From positions 1 through 41,914 of the forward strand of contig JBBTRZ010000001.1 of assembly GCA_038064935.1 (NCBI GenBank): a stretch of DNA of 41,914 bases. The letters are read 5' to 3'. The translations under genes were made by a program, and so were the position numbers. This document shows, one piece after another, positions 1 through 9,158 of this stretch. The notes below the pieces were generated by a model that was not told the origin of the DNA, ran no database searches, and was given only the letters and a program-made list of their open reading frames with translations. The first letter of the stretch is position 1. Each line of letters begins with the position of its first letter. Origin of the DNA: Patescibacteria group bacterium. GTDB taxonomy: Bacteria; Patescibacteriota; Minisyncoccia; Phycocordibacterales; JACOZG01.

Positions 1-82
1 ATTTATTGTCTAACCGTGGACCGCTTGGTAACAGTTTCAAGTGGCTAAAGGGGGGTGTTTGACTCCCCTTGGGAAGCAAGCT

Positions 83-565
83 ATGATGGTCGGAATTATG
101 GAACTAGAGAAACATTATTTGAGCCAGGAGAAGTACAATGAGCTCCAGCGTGAGCTCACTGATTTGAAGAAGACCAAACGCCGTGAGATCGCCGAGCGCC
201 TTGAGTTCGCCAAGTCGCTCGGCGATCTATCTGAGAACGCCGAATATCAAGCCGCGCGGGAGGAGCAATCGAACACCGAAGAACGGATTACCCAGCTCGA
301 GGCCATTCTTAAAATTTCTCAAATCATTTCCCTCCACCATACTTCACAAGTGGAAGTCGGCTCAACGCTCGTGGTAAAAAAAGGGGATGGTAACGAAGAA
401 ACTAAATATCAGATTGTCGGCCCCGAGGAAGTGGATGTTTTGGCTGGCAAAATTTCCTATCTCTCGCCGCTCGGCTCGAGTTTGCTCAAGAAGAAAAAGG
501 GCGACAGTGTGACCGTCTTGACGCCCAAGGGCAAGATAACTTACGAAATTGTCCGTCTCACTTAA
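83..565 (+). CDS. greA: Transcription elongation factor GreA
   Basis: ORF 41..565 opens with GTG. The in-frame ATG at 83 (or 98) gives a typical length of about 155-160 aa. It has an N-terminal coiled-coil (YNELQRELTDLK, LSENAEYQAAREEQ) and a C-terminal globular domain typical of GreA. Confidence 0.9.
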   Translation: MMVGIMELEKHYLSQEKYNELQRELTDLKKTKRREIAERLEFAKSLGDLSENAEYQAAREEQSNTEERITQLEAILKISQIISLHHTSQVEVGSTLVVKKGDGNEETKYQIVGPEEVDVLAGKISYLSPLGSSLLKKKKGDSVTVLTPKGKITYEIVRLT

Positions 566-568
566 AGA

Positions 569-2047
569 ATGGCCTCCCTTGATGATTTGCGTCATGAACG
601 GATCCAGAAACTCGCCCGACTCCGCGCGGCGGGACGCAATCCTTATCCCATTAGCACCGGCCAAGATATCACGATCTTTGCCCTCCTACGCCGTTTCCCG
701 ACGCTCGTCAAGCGACGCAAACCACTAACCGTTGTTGGGCGAGTACTCGCGCTTCGACATCAGGGTGCCTTGTGTTTCGTTGATCTCGATGATGGGACAG
801 GGCGAATTCAGACTTTACTCAAATCGGACGCGGTCGGCGAAGCTGATTTCAATTTGTTTATTGAAACCATTGATCGCGGCGATTTTATTGGTGTCACCGG
901 GCATCTCGGTCTGACGAAGCGAGAAGAGCGGACGCTTTTCGCCGATAATTGGCAGATCCTCGCCAAAGCCCTCCGACCTTTACCGGACAAGTGGCATGGT
1001 CTCACTGACATCGAGGAACGCTTCCGCCGGCGTTACCTCGACAGCTTGATGGACATAAGTGTCAAACAACGCTTCTTGACTCGCTCGACGATCATCACGA
1101 GTTTGAGGGAATTCCTCAACGCCGCCGACTACCTAGAAGTTGAGACACCAATTCTCCAACCCCTCTACGGCGGCGCGAGCGCCGTACCCTTCCAGACGCA
1201 TCACGCGGCGCTTGATCTGCCGCTTTACCTCCGTATTTCCCCCGAGCTTTATCTCAAGCGTCTGCTCGTCGGTGGCTTCCCGCGGGTGTATGAACTCTCG
1301 CGCTGTTTCCGGAATGAAGGCATTGACGCCACGCATCATCCGGAATTCACTATGCTCGAATTTTACGCCGCTTACAGTGAGGCCTCGACGCAACGAGCGT
1401 TCGTCGAGCAGTTGGTGAGAAAACTGGTGGTTAAGATCGCTAAAGCGAGTCGTTTAACTTTCGATACGCAAGTCATCAATTTCAGCGAGCCGTTTAAGGT
1501 CATTACTTATTTCGACCTCCTTAAACGGCAAGCCCTGATTACTAATCCAGAAACGGTTGATCTCCGCGAACTCACGCTCAAGGCCGCGCAATTCGCGATC
1601 ACTTTACCCGCCGGCGCTAGCCGCGAGACGGTCTTGGATTATATTTATAAGAAAGTTTGTCGGCCGAAATTGATTCAACCGACTTTTGTGATTGATTACC
1701 CGAAGAACGCCCTGCCGCTCGCCAAACTTCACCCCGACAATCTTCCGCCAACTGGCGGACTCGTTGACGCTTTCCAACTCGTAATTGGCGGCCTCGAGAT
1801 TGCTAAAGCATTTTCGGAATTGAACGATCCGCTGGATCAAGCCGAGCGCTTCGCCGCTCAAGAATCGGCCAAGGTGGCGGGGGATAGTGAAGCCCAAGTT
1901 AAAGACCAAGATTTCCTCGAAGCTCTCGAGTACGGCTTGCCGCCCGCCGCCGGCGTCGGCATCGGTGTTGACCGCCTCGTTATGCTTCTCACTGACCAGA
2001 CCAACATCCGCGAAGTCATCTACTTTCCCACCTTGAGACCAAAATAA
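569..2047 (+). CDS. lysS: Lysine--tRNA ligase, class II
   Basis: 492 aa. N-terminal OB anticodon-binding region, class II motif 2 (FRNEGIDATHHPEFTMLEFY) and motif 3 (GLPPAAGVGIGVDRLVMLL). Confidence 0.93.
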   Translation: MASLDDLRHERIQKLARLRAAGRNPYPISTGQDITIFALLRRFPTLVKRRKPLTVVGRVLALRHQGALCFVDLDDGTGRIQTLLKSDAVGEADFNLFIETIDRGDFIGVTGHLGLTKREERTLFADNWQILAKALRPLPDKWHGLTDIEERFRRRYLDSLMDISVKQRFLTRSTIITSLREFLNAADYLEVETPILQPLYGGASAVPFQTHHAALDLPLYLRISPELYLKRLLVGGFPRVYELSRCFRNEGIDATHHPEFTMLEFYAAYSEASTQRAFVEQLVRKLVVKIAKASRLTFDTQVINFSEPFKVITYFDLLKRQALITNPETVDLRELTLKAAQFAITLPAGASRETVLDYIYKKVCRPKLIQPTFVIDYPKNALPLAKLHPDNLPPTGGLVDAFQLVIGGLEIAKAFSELNDPLDQAERFAAQESAKVAGDSEAQVKDQDFLEALEYGLPPAAGVGIGVDRLVMLLTDQTNIREVIYFPTLRPK

Positions 2048-2072
2048 AATTAGGAGGTATAATAGAATCACT

Positions 2073-3728
2073 ATGCCTGAAGGGATGAAGCCGGGGGTGA
2101 CTTACTTCGCCGAGACGGATTTTCGCGCCAAGCGGACGCGCTTTGGTATTAAAGATGAAGATCGTTCACGGCATGTCTATGTGATTGGGAAAACTGGTAT
2201 GGGTAAGTCCACCGTTCTCGAGAATATGGCGATTCAAGATATCCAGAATGGCCACGGGATCGCCTTCATGGACCCGCACGGCGGGACGGCGGATAAACTG
2301 CTCGATTATGTCCCGCCGGAACGGATTAAAGATGTTATTTATTTTTCGCCCTTCGATCTCGAACACCCGATCTCTTTCAATGTCCTCGAAGATGTGGGTA
2401 AGGATCAACGGCATCTCGTGTCGAGCGGTCTTATGAGCGCCTTTAAGAAAATTTGGGTAGACGCTTGGTCGGCGCGAATGGAATACATTCTTCAGAACAC
2501 TCTGCTCGCTCTCCTAGAATACCCCGGGGCAACTCTCCTTGGTGTCAATCGAATGCTCTCGGACAAGGATTATCGAAAGAAGGTGGTGGATAATGTCACC
2601 GACCCGGGCGTCCGCTCCTTCTGGGTGGACGAGTTTGCTAAATACACCGAACGGATGGCGGCCGAGGCCGTGCCAGCGATTCAAAACAAGGTTGGCCAAT
2701 TCACTTCCAATCCGCTCATCCGCAACATCATCGGTCAACCGCGGTCGTCCGTTAATTTCCGCCGGATCATGGACGAGCGGAAAATCCTCATTATTAATTT
2801 GTCGAAGGGGCGAATGGGTGAGGGAAATGCTAACTTGATCGGCTCGATGCTCATTACCAAACTCTATCTCACCGCGATGTCGCGCGCCAATCTCTCCGGC
2901 GCGGAAATTAGGACCTTGCCGCCCTTCTATTTTTTCGTTGATGAATTTCAATCTTTCGCCAATGAATCTTTCGCCAACATCTTATCCGAAGCCCGAAAGT
3001 ATAAATTGTCGTTGACTATTGCTCATCAATACATTGAACAGATGGCCGAGGAAGTGCGAGCGGCTGTCTTCGGCAATGTCGGAAGCATTGTCACTTTCCG
3101 CGTTGGACCTTTTGACGCCGAAGTGCTCGAAAAAATATTTTTCCCAACTTTTACCAAAGAGGACATTGTCAACCTCGGTCTCTATCAACTCTATCTAACT
3201 CTGATGATCGACGGGATTGGGTCGCCACCCTTCTCGGCTGTGACTTTGCCTCCGTTACCCTTGCTCCAAGATTCCCGCCGCGCCGAGATTATCGAGTACT
3301 CGCGGCGAACCTACGCCGAGCCGCGCGCCGCCGTGGAGGCAGAGATTGCGAAATGGCACAGTGAGGCGGGGGTTCCGGTGGCGAGACCGGGGAGTAGTCC
3401 GGGCGCTTCCCAACCAACCTTACCATCGCCGCCACCGAGTGTTCAAACTCTCAAATCAAATGTGAAGACAAACAGTTATCCAGCTCCTAACTCCGTACCA
3501 CCACCGCGCTTAGCTGTATCGCTTGCCGCGCTTCGGCCGATGCCGGGCAGTAGCGGTCGGAAGGTGGTGAGCGAGACGGAGAAAGTCAAATCCAAAGAAG
3601 AACTTCGTCACTCGCTCGAAAAAATTATGTCGAAGGCGCCAAAAATGTCGCCCATTCAGCCATCACCCGCGCAGAAAAAAGATGAAGTGCCGAGGGAAGT
3701 GCTCGAAAATCTTTTGCAGACAAAATAA
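2073..3728 (+). CDS. TraD/VirD4-like P-loop ATPase (type IV coupling-protein-like), soluble, with Pro/Ser-rich disordered C-terminal tail
   Basis: Strong RBS aggagg at 2053. Walker A GKTGMGKST lies at about aa 40, so there is no N-terminal TM region. Walker B FYFFVDEFQSF. The ARKYKLSLTIAHQYIEQM segment resembles the TraD/TraG C-terminal region. The last ~120 aa are low complexity (PGSSPGASQPTLPSPPPS...). Confidence 0.6.
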   Translation: MPEGMKPGVTYFAETDFRAKRTRFGIKDEDRSRHVYVIGKTGMGKSTVLENMAIQDIQNGHGIAFMDPHGGTADKLLDYVPPERIKDVIYFSPFDLEHPISFNVLEDVGKDQRHLVSSGLMSAFKKIWVDAWSARMEYILQNTLLALLEYPGATLLGVNRMLSDKDYRKKVVDNVTDPGVRSFWVDEFAKYTERMAAEAVPAIQNKVGQFTSNPLIRNIIGQPRSSVNFRRIMDERKILIINLSKGRMGEGNANLIGSMLITKLYLTAMSRANLSGAEIRTLPPFYFFVDEFQSFANESFANILSEARKYKLSLTIAHQYIEQMAEEVRAAVFGNVGSIVTFRVGPFDAEVLEKIFFPTFTKEDIVNLGLYQLYLTLMIDGIGSPPFSAVTLPPLPLLQDSRRAEIIEYSRRTYAEPRAAVEAEIAKWHSEAGVPVARPGSSPGASQPTLPSPPPSVQTLKSNVKTNSYPAPNSVPPPRLAVSLAALRPMPGSSGRKVVSETEKVKSKEELRHSLEKIMSKAPKMSPIQPSPAQKKDEVPREVLENLLQTK

Positions 3729-3735
3729 AAATGAC

Positions 3736-4788
3736 ATGACCCGTCCGCGGATTCTAATTTTTTCTTTGGCTTATTTGCCGTTTATTGGCGGAGCGGAAGT
3801 CGCGGTAAAAGAAATTACCGATCGCTTGCCGGAGTTTGATTTTGAAATTGTCAGTGCCGATGTTCGCAATTTTTGGTCTAAATATTTTTATCCAATTTGG
3901 GCTTATCGCCGCGCTGCCCGACAGCATCAAACTAAAAATTATGATCTAGTCTGGGCGATTATGGCCAATCAAGCGGGGATGGCGGCGGCACTCTTCAAAC
4001 GCCGATTTCCGTCCGTGCCATTTCTACTCACTTTGCAAGAAGGCGATGATCTAAATAGTTGGGCGTATCGTTTGCGTCTTTGGGGGCCGAGGTTATTCCG
4101 AGTTTTCCAACTAGCTGATCGGATTCAAGTGATCTCCAATTATCTCGGTGCGTGGGCGCAAGCGATGGGAGCGAAATGCCCGATTACGGTGATTCCTAAC
4201 GGAGTTGATATGAGGAGCTTTCAGCTTTTAGGTTCTAGCTTTCAGGAAAAGAGAAAAGAGAAAATAATTATTCACACGGGACGGCTGGTTAAGAAAAATG
4301 GGGTGGATATTTTGATTGAAGCGATGAGGTTTTTACCAGAAAACATTAAACTTCAAATCTTGGGTACTGGCCAAGAAGAAATGTCTCTTAAGCAACTCAT
4401 GTCAAGGTTTAACCTTGACAGTCGGGTTGAGTTTTTGGGTCAGGTACTGCCGAACAAGGTTGTCGAGTATTTGACTCAAGCTCTTATTTTTGTTCGACCA
4501 TCAAGATCGGAGGGATTAGGCAATTCTTTTCTCGAAGCCATGGCGGCGGGCTTGCCGGTGGTTGGGACAGCGGTCGGCGGTATTCCCGATTTTCTTAAAC
4601 AAGGGCAAACGGGTTGGATTTGCGAAGTGAATAATTCACAAGATGTAGCCGAGAAAATTAAATTTATACTAGACCCTAATAATGAAAGTTTAGTCAGCCA
4701 AGTGGTGGCCCGAGCTCGCCAAATGGTGTTAGATAAGTACAATTGGGACACCATCGCCCGCGCCATGTCTCACTTATTAAACCCATGA
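3736..4788 (+). CDS. Glycosyltransferase, GT4-like (GT-B fold)
   Basis: ORF 3682..4788 overlaps the upstream gene, so ATG 3736 (MTRPRILIFSLAYLPFIGGAEV) is the likelier start. E-x7-E motif: SEGLGNSFLEAMAAGLPVVGT. Confidence 0.85.
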   Translation: MTRPRILIFSLAYLPFIGGAEVAVKEITDRLPEFDFEIVSADVRNFWSKYFYPIWAYRRAARQHQTKNYDLVWAIMANQAGMAAALFKRRFPSVPFLLTLQEGDDLNSWAYRLRLWGPRLFRVFQLADRIQVISNYLGAWAQAMGAKCPITVIPNGVDMRSFQLLGSSFQEKRKEKIIIHTGRLVKKNGVDILIEAMRFLPENIKLQILGTGQEEMSLKQLMSRFNLDSRVEFLGQVLPNKVVEYLTQALIFVRPSRSEGLGNSFLEAMAAGLPVVGTAVGGIPDFLKQGQTGWICEVNNSQDVAEKIKFILDPNNESLVSQVVARARQMVLDKYNWDTIARAMSHLLNP

Positions 4789-5777
4789 AAATCCTTATCG
4801 CCACCGGTATTTACCCGCCCGACATCGGCGGCCCGGCGCAGTATGCTTTTAATCTTGAGCAAGAATTTATTCGGCTCGGACATGAAGTTAAGGTAATTAA
4901 ATTCTCGGCCGTGCGTCGTTTGCCGAGTTTCATTCGTCATTTAGTTTACTTTTTTAAAATTCTGTTTGTCTTACCGCGTGCTAATTTTGTTTTAGTTCTA
5001 GATACATTTAGTGTGGCTTTGCCTGCGGTTGTGGCAAGTAAGTTATTTAACAAAAAAGTAATTATTCGCACCGGCGGGGACTTTTTATGGGAAAGTTATG
5101 TGGAGAGAACAGGGGACTTAGTTTTGCTTCGCAACTTCTATCAAACCACGCGACACGACTGGAATCTCAAAGAAAAAATAATTTTTAAATTAACCCGCTG
5201 GATACTTAATCGTGCCTCGACAGTTGTCTTCAGCACCGACTGGCAGCGGCAGATTTGGCGTGAGCCCTATCAACTTAATCTCACTAAAACCAAGATTATT
5301 GAAAATTATTGCGGCGGGAAAGAAGCATCCGTTGCCCCGACCGTGAAGAATTTTGTCGGTGGCACGCGGCAGTTGAAATGGAAGAATCTAGATATTTTAC
5401 AGCGAGCCTTTGCTCGCGCGCGAGAAAAAAATCCAGAGTTGATCTTAGATTTAGAAACTTTACCCTATGACAAATTTTTAGAGAAAATAAAAAGTTGCTA
5501 CGCGGTGATTTTAGTTTCTCTTGGCGACATCAGTCCCAACTTGATTTTAGATGCCCTTCGTTACAATAAACCCTTTATTTTAAGCCACGAAAACGGTTTA
5601 TTCGAACGGCTGAAAGAGGTTGCCATTTTTGTTGATCCAAATAATTCAGATGATATTGAAACAAAGATTAAGTGGCTAGCGGATGAGAAAAATTACGAGA
5701 TCATCAAGGAGAAAATTAAGAATTTTAATTTTACCCATCTATGGTCGGATATCGCGCACGAGTTTCTAGAATTATGA
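4785..5777 (+). CDS. Glycosyltransferase (GT-B fold, GT4-like)
   Basis: ATGA overlap with the upstream stop (ATG 4785 / TGA 4786-4788). N-terminus MKILIATGIYPPDIGGPAQYA is typical of GT4-type enzymes. Confidence 0.7.
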   Translation: MKILIATGIYPPDIGGPAQYAFNLEQEFIRLGHEVKVIKFSAVRRLPSFIRHLVYFFKILFVLPRANFVLVLDTFSVALPAVVASKLFNKKVIIRTGGDFLWESYVERTGDLVLLRNFYQTTRHDWNLKEKIIFKLTRWILNRASTVVFSTDWQRQIWREPYQLNLTKTKIIENYCGGKEASVAPTVKNFVGGTRQLKWKNLDILQRAFARAREKNPELILDLETLPYDKFLEKIKSCYAVILVSLGDISPNLILDALRYNKPFILSHENGLFERLKEVAIFVDPNNSDDIETKIKWLADEKNYEIIKEKIKNFNFTHLWSDIAHEFLEL

Positions 5778-6721
5778 AAGTATTAATGTTATCAACCGAT
5801 CGTAAGATTCTTGAACCGAAAAGCGGGGTTCATAATCGAATGCTTGGTTATGCAAAAGGTTTAGATGAGTTGTTTATCGTTGTTTTAGGTATGGATCGAG
5901 ATTTAAAAATTGAAGGGAAACTCAAGTATGTTGGTTTGACTAGATTTAGGGCTTTATTTTGGCGGCCACCGGGAAGGTTCGACCTAGTTACCGGTCAAGA
6001 TCCGTTTGAGACTGGCCTCATCGCTATACGCTTGGCGAAAATTATAGGAGCTCAACTGGAGCTTCAGATACACACTGATATTGGGAGTCCGTATTTCCAA
6101 TATGAATCATTGAAAAATAGGGTCCGATATTTTTTATCAAAATTTTTGTTACCCAAAGCGGATAGGATAAGAGTAGTGAGTCAGAGAATTAAAGATCATC
6201 TAGTTTCCGATTTAGGAATTGTCGAAGATAAAATTTATATCAAACCAATTTTTGTTGATATTGAAAAGATCAAAAATACACCAATTACCGTTGATTTGCA
6301 TAAAAAATATCCGCAATTTGATAAAATTATTCTCATGGCTTCGCGTTTGACTAAAGAAAAGAATATTGATTTGGCTATCAATGCGATGTCTCCTCTAATT
6401 CGCGCGAATAGGAGAATAGGGTTGGTGATTGTTGGTTCTGGACCTGAAGAAAAAAAGCTACAATCCGCCAGCTGGCGGATACAAGCTCATATAGTTTTCG
6501 AACCGTGGGTTGACCAAGAAACTCTCTATTCTTATTATAAAACTTGCGATCTATTCCTCGTAACTTCGTGGTACGAAGGTTACGGCATGACCTTGGTTGA
6601 AGCGCATGCCGCCGGTTGTCCGATTGTTTCGACTGATGTTGGTGTGGCTCGGGAAATGGGAGCGCGAATTGTGGATCTAAATTATTCTAGTGTCGCCAAG
6701 GGAATTATTGAATCGTTATGA
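5774..6721 (+). CDS. Glycosyltransferase, GT4-like
   Basis: ATGA overlap at 5774-5777. Motif WYEGYGMTLVEAHAAGCPIVSTDVG. Confidence 0.8.
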   Translation: MKVLMLSTDRKILEPKSGVHNRMLGYAKGLDELFIVVLGMDRDLKIEGKLKYVGLTRFRALFWRPPGRFDLVTGQDPFETGLIAIRLAKIIGAQLELQIHTDIGSPYFQYESLKNRVRYFLSKFLLPKADRIRVVSQRIKDHLVSDLGIVEDKIYIKPIFVDIEKIKNTPITVDLHKKYPQFDKIILMASRLTKEKNIDLAINAMSPLIRANRRIGLVIVGSGPEEKKLQSASWRIQAHIVFEPWVDQETLYSYYKTCDLFLVTSWYEGYGMTLVEAHAAGCPIVSTDVGVAREMGARIVDLNYSSVAKGIIESL

Positions 6722-6756
6722 TAAGTGTGATACAATACCATGTACATATAAGTACA
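6708..6756 (+). promoter_or_regulatory. Candidate promoter plus palindromic operator upstream of the AbiEi gene
   Basis: -35 TTGAAT (6708-6713), 17-nt spacer ending in TG (6728-6729), -10 TACAAT (6731-6736). Inverted repeat TGTAC-N6-GTACA at 6741-6756. AGGA about 11 nt before ATG 6772. Confidence 0.45.
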
Positions 6757-6771
6757 GGATAAATTAACGAT

Positions 6772-7365
6772 ATGAGTATAAAAAACAGGGATATTAGGAG
6801 GTCAGGAGGTGAGCGTCTTGCCCAAATTGCCGCCCTTGGCGAGGTGGTTTTTCATACTAGCGATATGGCAAATTTGTGGGGGATTACCAATAAAAATACT
6901 TTAAATAAGACGCTCTCAAGATATGTGGCGGATGGTCTCATTTATCGTGTCTATAAGGGACTGTATGCGATCAAAAAGCCGGGGGAGATTAACCCTTTTC
7001 TTTTGGGTGTCAAAGCTATTCATGCGCCAGCTTATGTATCTTGTGAGTCAGTGCTATATCAGAATGGTATCTTGAATCAGCCGCCACAGATGATTACTAT
7101 CGTGAGTCAATTTTCCAGACATTTTTCTATTGCTGGCACCCATTATAGATCAAGGAAAATGCGCGACCTCTTTCTTTTCAATGATGCCGGAATAGAGATA
7201 AAAGATGGGGTGCGCGTTGCTTCCATTCCACGGGCCGTCGCCGACATGCTTTATTTTAATCCCCGAAAATATTTTGATGCCGGAAATTCAGCTTTAATGC
7301 AGTGGGATGAGGTGAGGAAAATTGCTGATGCGGTCGGATATGTTATAAAGGGTATTAAATTCTGA
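6772..7365 (+). CDS. AbiEi-family antitoxin / transcriptional regulator (type IV TA)
   Basis: 197 aa. N-terminal winged-helix-like segment (DMANLWGITNKNTLNKTLSRYVADGLIYRVYKGLYAI) and overall size fit AbiEi. It lies 4 nt upstream of an AbiEii-like gene. Confidence 0.7.
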   Translation: MSIKNRDIRRSGGERLAQIAALGEVVFHTSDMANLWGITNKNTLNKTLSRYVADGLIYRVYKGLYAIKKPGEINPFLLGVKAIHAPAYVSCESVLYQNGILNQPPQMITIVSQFSRHFSIAGTHYRSRKMRDLFLFNDAGIEIKDGVRVASIPRAVADMLYFNPRKYFDAGNSALMQWDEVRKIADAVGYVIKGIKF

Positions 7366-7369
7366 AAGT

Positions 7370-8116
7370 ATGATGATAGTACCAAATAGAAAAGAGGCTG
7401 TTCATAAGGCATGGCTCTATCGAATTATTGAAGCAATTGCCGATGATCGGTACTTAGCCAGCGTCCTGTTTTTCAAGGGTGGAACCTGTGCTTCAATGCT
7501 TGGCTGGCTTGACCGGTTTTCGGTTGATTTAGATTTTGATTACGCCGGCACAGAAAAACATATTGAAAAAACTCGCCAAACCCTTGAGATCCTGTTTATA
7601 CAGCTTGGTCTTACCATAAAAGACCAGAGCAAAAAAGGAATTCAATATTTTTTAAGATATCGTGGCGACGACAATTCGACAAGGAGGGTTTTGAAATTAG
7701 ACGCTTCTTTCCCGCTCTTTTCCACCAGTAAATACGCGCCGATAAGATTTCTGGAAATAGACCGTGTTCTAACCTGTCAAACCAGAGAAACAATGTTTGC
7801 TCACAAACTCATTGCCGTGATGGGTCGGTTTGAAAAAACCGGAACCATCGCTGGGCGAGATATCTATGATGTTCACCATTTTTTTATGAATGGTTTTGAA
7901 TACGACGCCAGTATCATAAAGGAAAGAACTGGCTTGGAAACGAAAAAATTTCTTTTAGATCTCACTAATTTTATAGACGAGCAAGTAACGGAAAAAATTA
8001 TTTCTGAAGATCTCAATTTACTTTTGCCTTATGATGCGTTTGTCGCTACTCGTAAGATATTAAAAAGGGAAGTCCTTGGATTGATAAAAGACGAGATAAA
8101 AAGATTGGAGCAATGA
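7370..8116 (+). CDS. AbiEii/AbiGii-family nucleotidyltransferase toxin (former DUF1814)
   Basis: 248 aa. Nucleotidyltransferase signature FFKGGTCASMLGWLDRFSVDLDFDY. Its stop overlaps the next GT start (ATGA at 8113-8116). Confidence 0.75.
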   Translation: MMIVPNRKEAVHKAWLYRIIEAIADDRYLASVLFFKGGTCASMLGWLDRFSVDLDFDYAGTEKHIEKTRQTLEILFIQLGLTIKDQSKKGIQYFLRYRGDDNSTRRVLKLDASFPLFSTSKYAPIRFLEIDRVLTCQTRETMFAHKLIAVMGRFEKTGTIAGRDIYDVHHFFMNGFEYDASIIKERTGLETKKFLLDLTNFIDEQVTEKIISEDLNLLLPYDAFVATRKILKREVLGLIKDEIKRLEQ

Positions 8117-9129
8117 AATTACTCATCTTAACTCAAAAAGTTGATCGCAATGATCCAATCTTGGGGTTTTTTCATCGGTGGATTGAGGAATTTTCTAAGC
8201 ATTGCGAACAAATTATTGTTATCTGTTTACAAAAAGGGGAATTTGATTTACCAAAAAATGTTCGTGTACTTTCATTGGGAAAAGAAACTGGTCGGTCAAG
8301 ACTAAAGTATATCTGGAGATTTTATAAATATATTTGGACGGAAAGAAATAATTACGACAAAGTGTTTGTCCACATGAATCAGGAGTATGTAATTTTGGGC
8401 TGGAAATTATGGAAGATATTGGGCAAGAAAATATATTTATGGCGGAATCATCATGCTGGCAACTTTATTACTGACTTAGCCGCTCTATTTTGTAGTAGAA
8501 TTTTCTGTACTTCCAAATACTCTTATACAGTTAAATTTAGGAAGACTGAATTAATGCCGGTGGGGATTGACACCAACCTCTTTTACCCCGGAAGAGGAGA
8601 TAAAAAAATTCCTCACTCAATTTTATTTTTATCCAGAATGGCACCGGTTAAGAGACCAGAGATATTGATTGAAGCCCTGAAAATTTTGAAAAAAAACGGA
8701 ATTAAATTTATCGCCAACTTTTACGGTAATCCACAGCCGCAAGACTTTGCTTACTATCAAACATTGAAACAGTCTGCCGCGGTTAATATTTTTTTTTATC
8801 CCGGGGTACCAAACGAAAAAACAGTAGAAATTTACCGAAGTCATCAGATCTTCGTTAATTTGAGCCCGAACGGAATGTATGATAAAACTATCTTTGAGGC
8901 AATGGCTTGTTGTGTGCTTTCGCTTTCCTCCAATAAGAATTTGTTGACCGAGGTTGACACTCGCCTAATTTTTAAAGAAAATGATCCTTTAAATTTGGCC
9001 GAAAAATTACAACTACTTCTTAATCTGTCGGGAAATGAAGCAGATGAGATAAGGGTAGAGTCGAAGAATTACATTGTCGCCAAACATTCCCTAAGGTTGT
9101 TGGCCCAAAAACTTCATGACTCTTTTTAA
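8113..9129 (+). CDS. Glycosyltransferase (GT-B fold, GT4-like)
   Basis: 338 aa. MKLLILTQKVDRNDPILGFF N-terminus and C-terminal YDKTIFEAMACCVLSL segment (degenerate E-x7-E). Confidence 0.65.
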   Translation: MKLLILTQKVDRNDPILGFFHRWIEEFSKHCEQIIVICLQKGEFDLPKNVRVLSLGKETGRSRLKYIWRFYKYIWTERNNYDKVFVHMNQEYVILGWKLWKILGKKIYLWRNHHAGNFITDLAALFCSRIFCTSKYSYTVKFRKTELMPVGIDTNLFYPGRGDKKIPHSILFLSRMAPVKRPEILIEALKILKKNGIKFIANFYGNPQPQDFAYYQTLKQSAAVNIFFYPGVPNEKTVEIYRSHQIFVNLSPNGMYDKTIFEAMACCVLSLSSNKNLLTEVDTRLIFKENDPLNLAEKLQLLLNLSGNEADEIRVESKNYIVAKHSLRLLAQKLHDSF

Positions 9130-9158
9130 TACCTAATCTTTTTTCGGTGTCGAAGAAA

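Noticed and set aside
1604-2071. 155-aa ORF antisense to lysS. Similar long antisense ORFs occur at 35916..36434 and 36311..36688 (in clpB), 40005..40580 (in parB), 2514..2951 (in the TraD-like gene) and 29707..30015.
   Set aside because: Each lies wholly inside a confidently identified gene on the other strand, within the GC-rich part of the window where stop-free antisense frames arise by chance. Their translations are low complexity (Arg/Ser/Pro-rich) with no recognisable motifs.
3682-3735. Upstream extensions of ORF starts given by the track: 3682, 4743, 5741, 9147, 15530, 24049, 26264.
   Set aside because: The extensions overlap the preceding gene by 30-100 nt. In each case an internal ATG gives an ATGA-type overlap or a gap of 4-7 nt, and the protein then begins at the conserved N-terminus (for example MKFTIVTPVYNGE, MKKPIIEVKNIGKKY).
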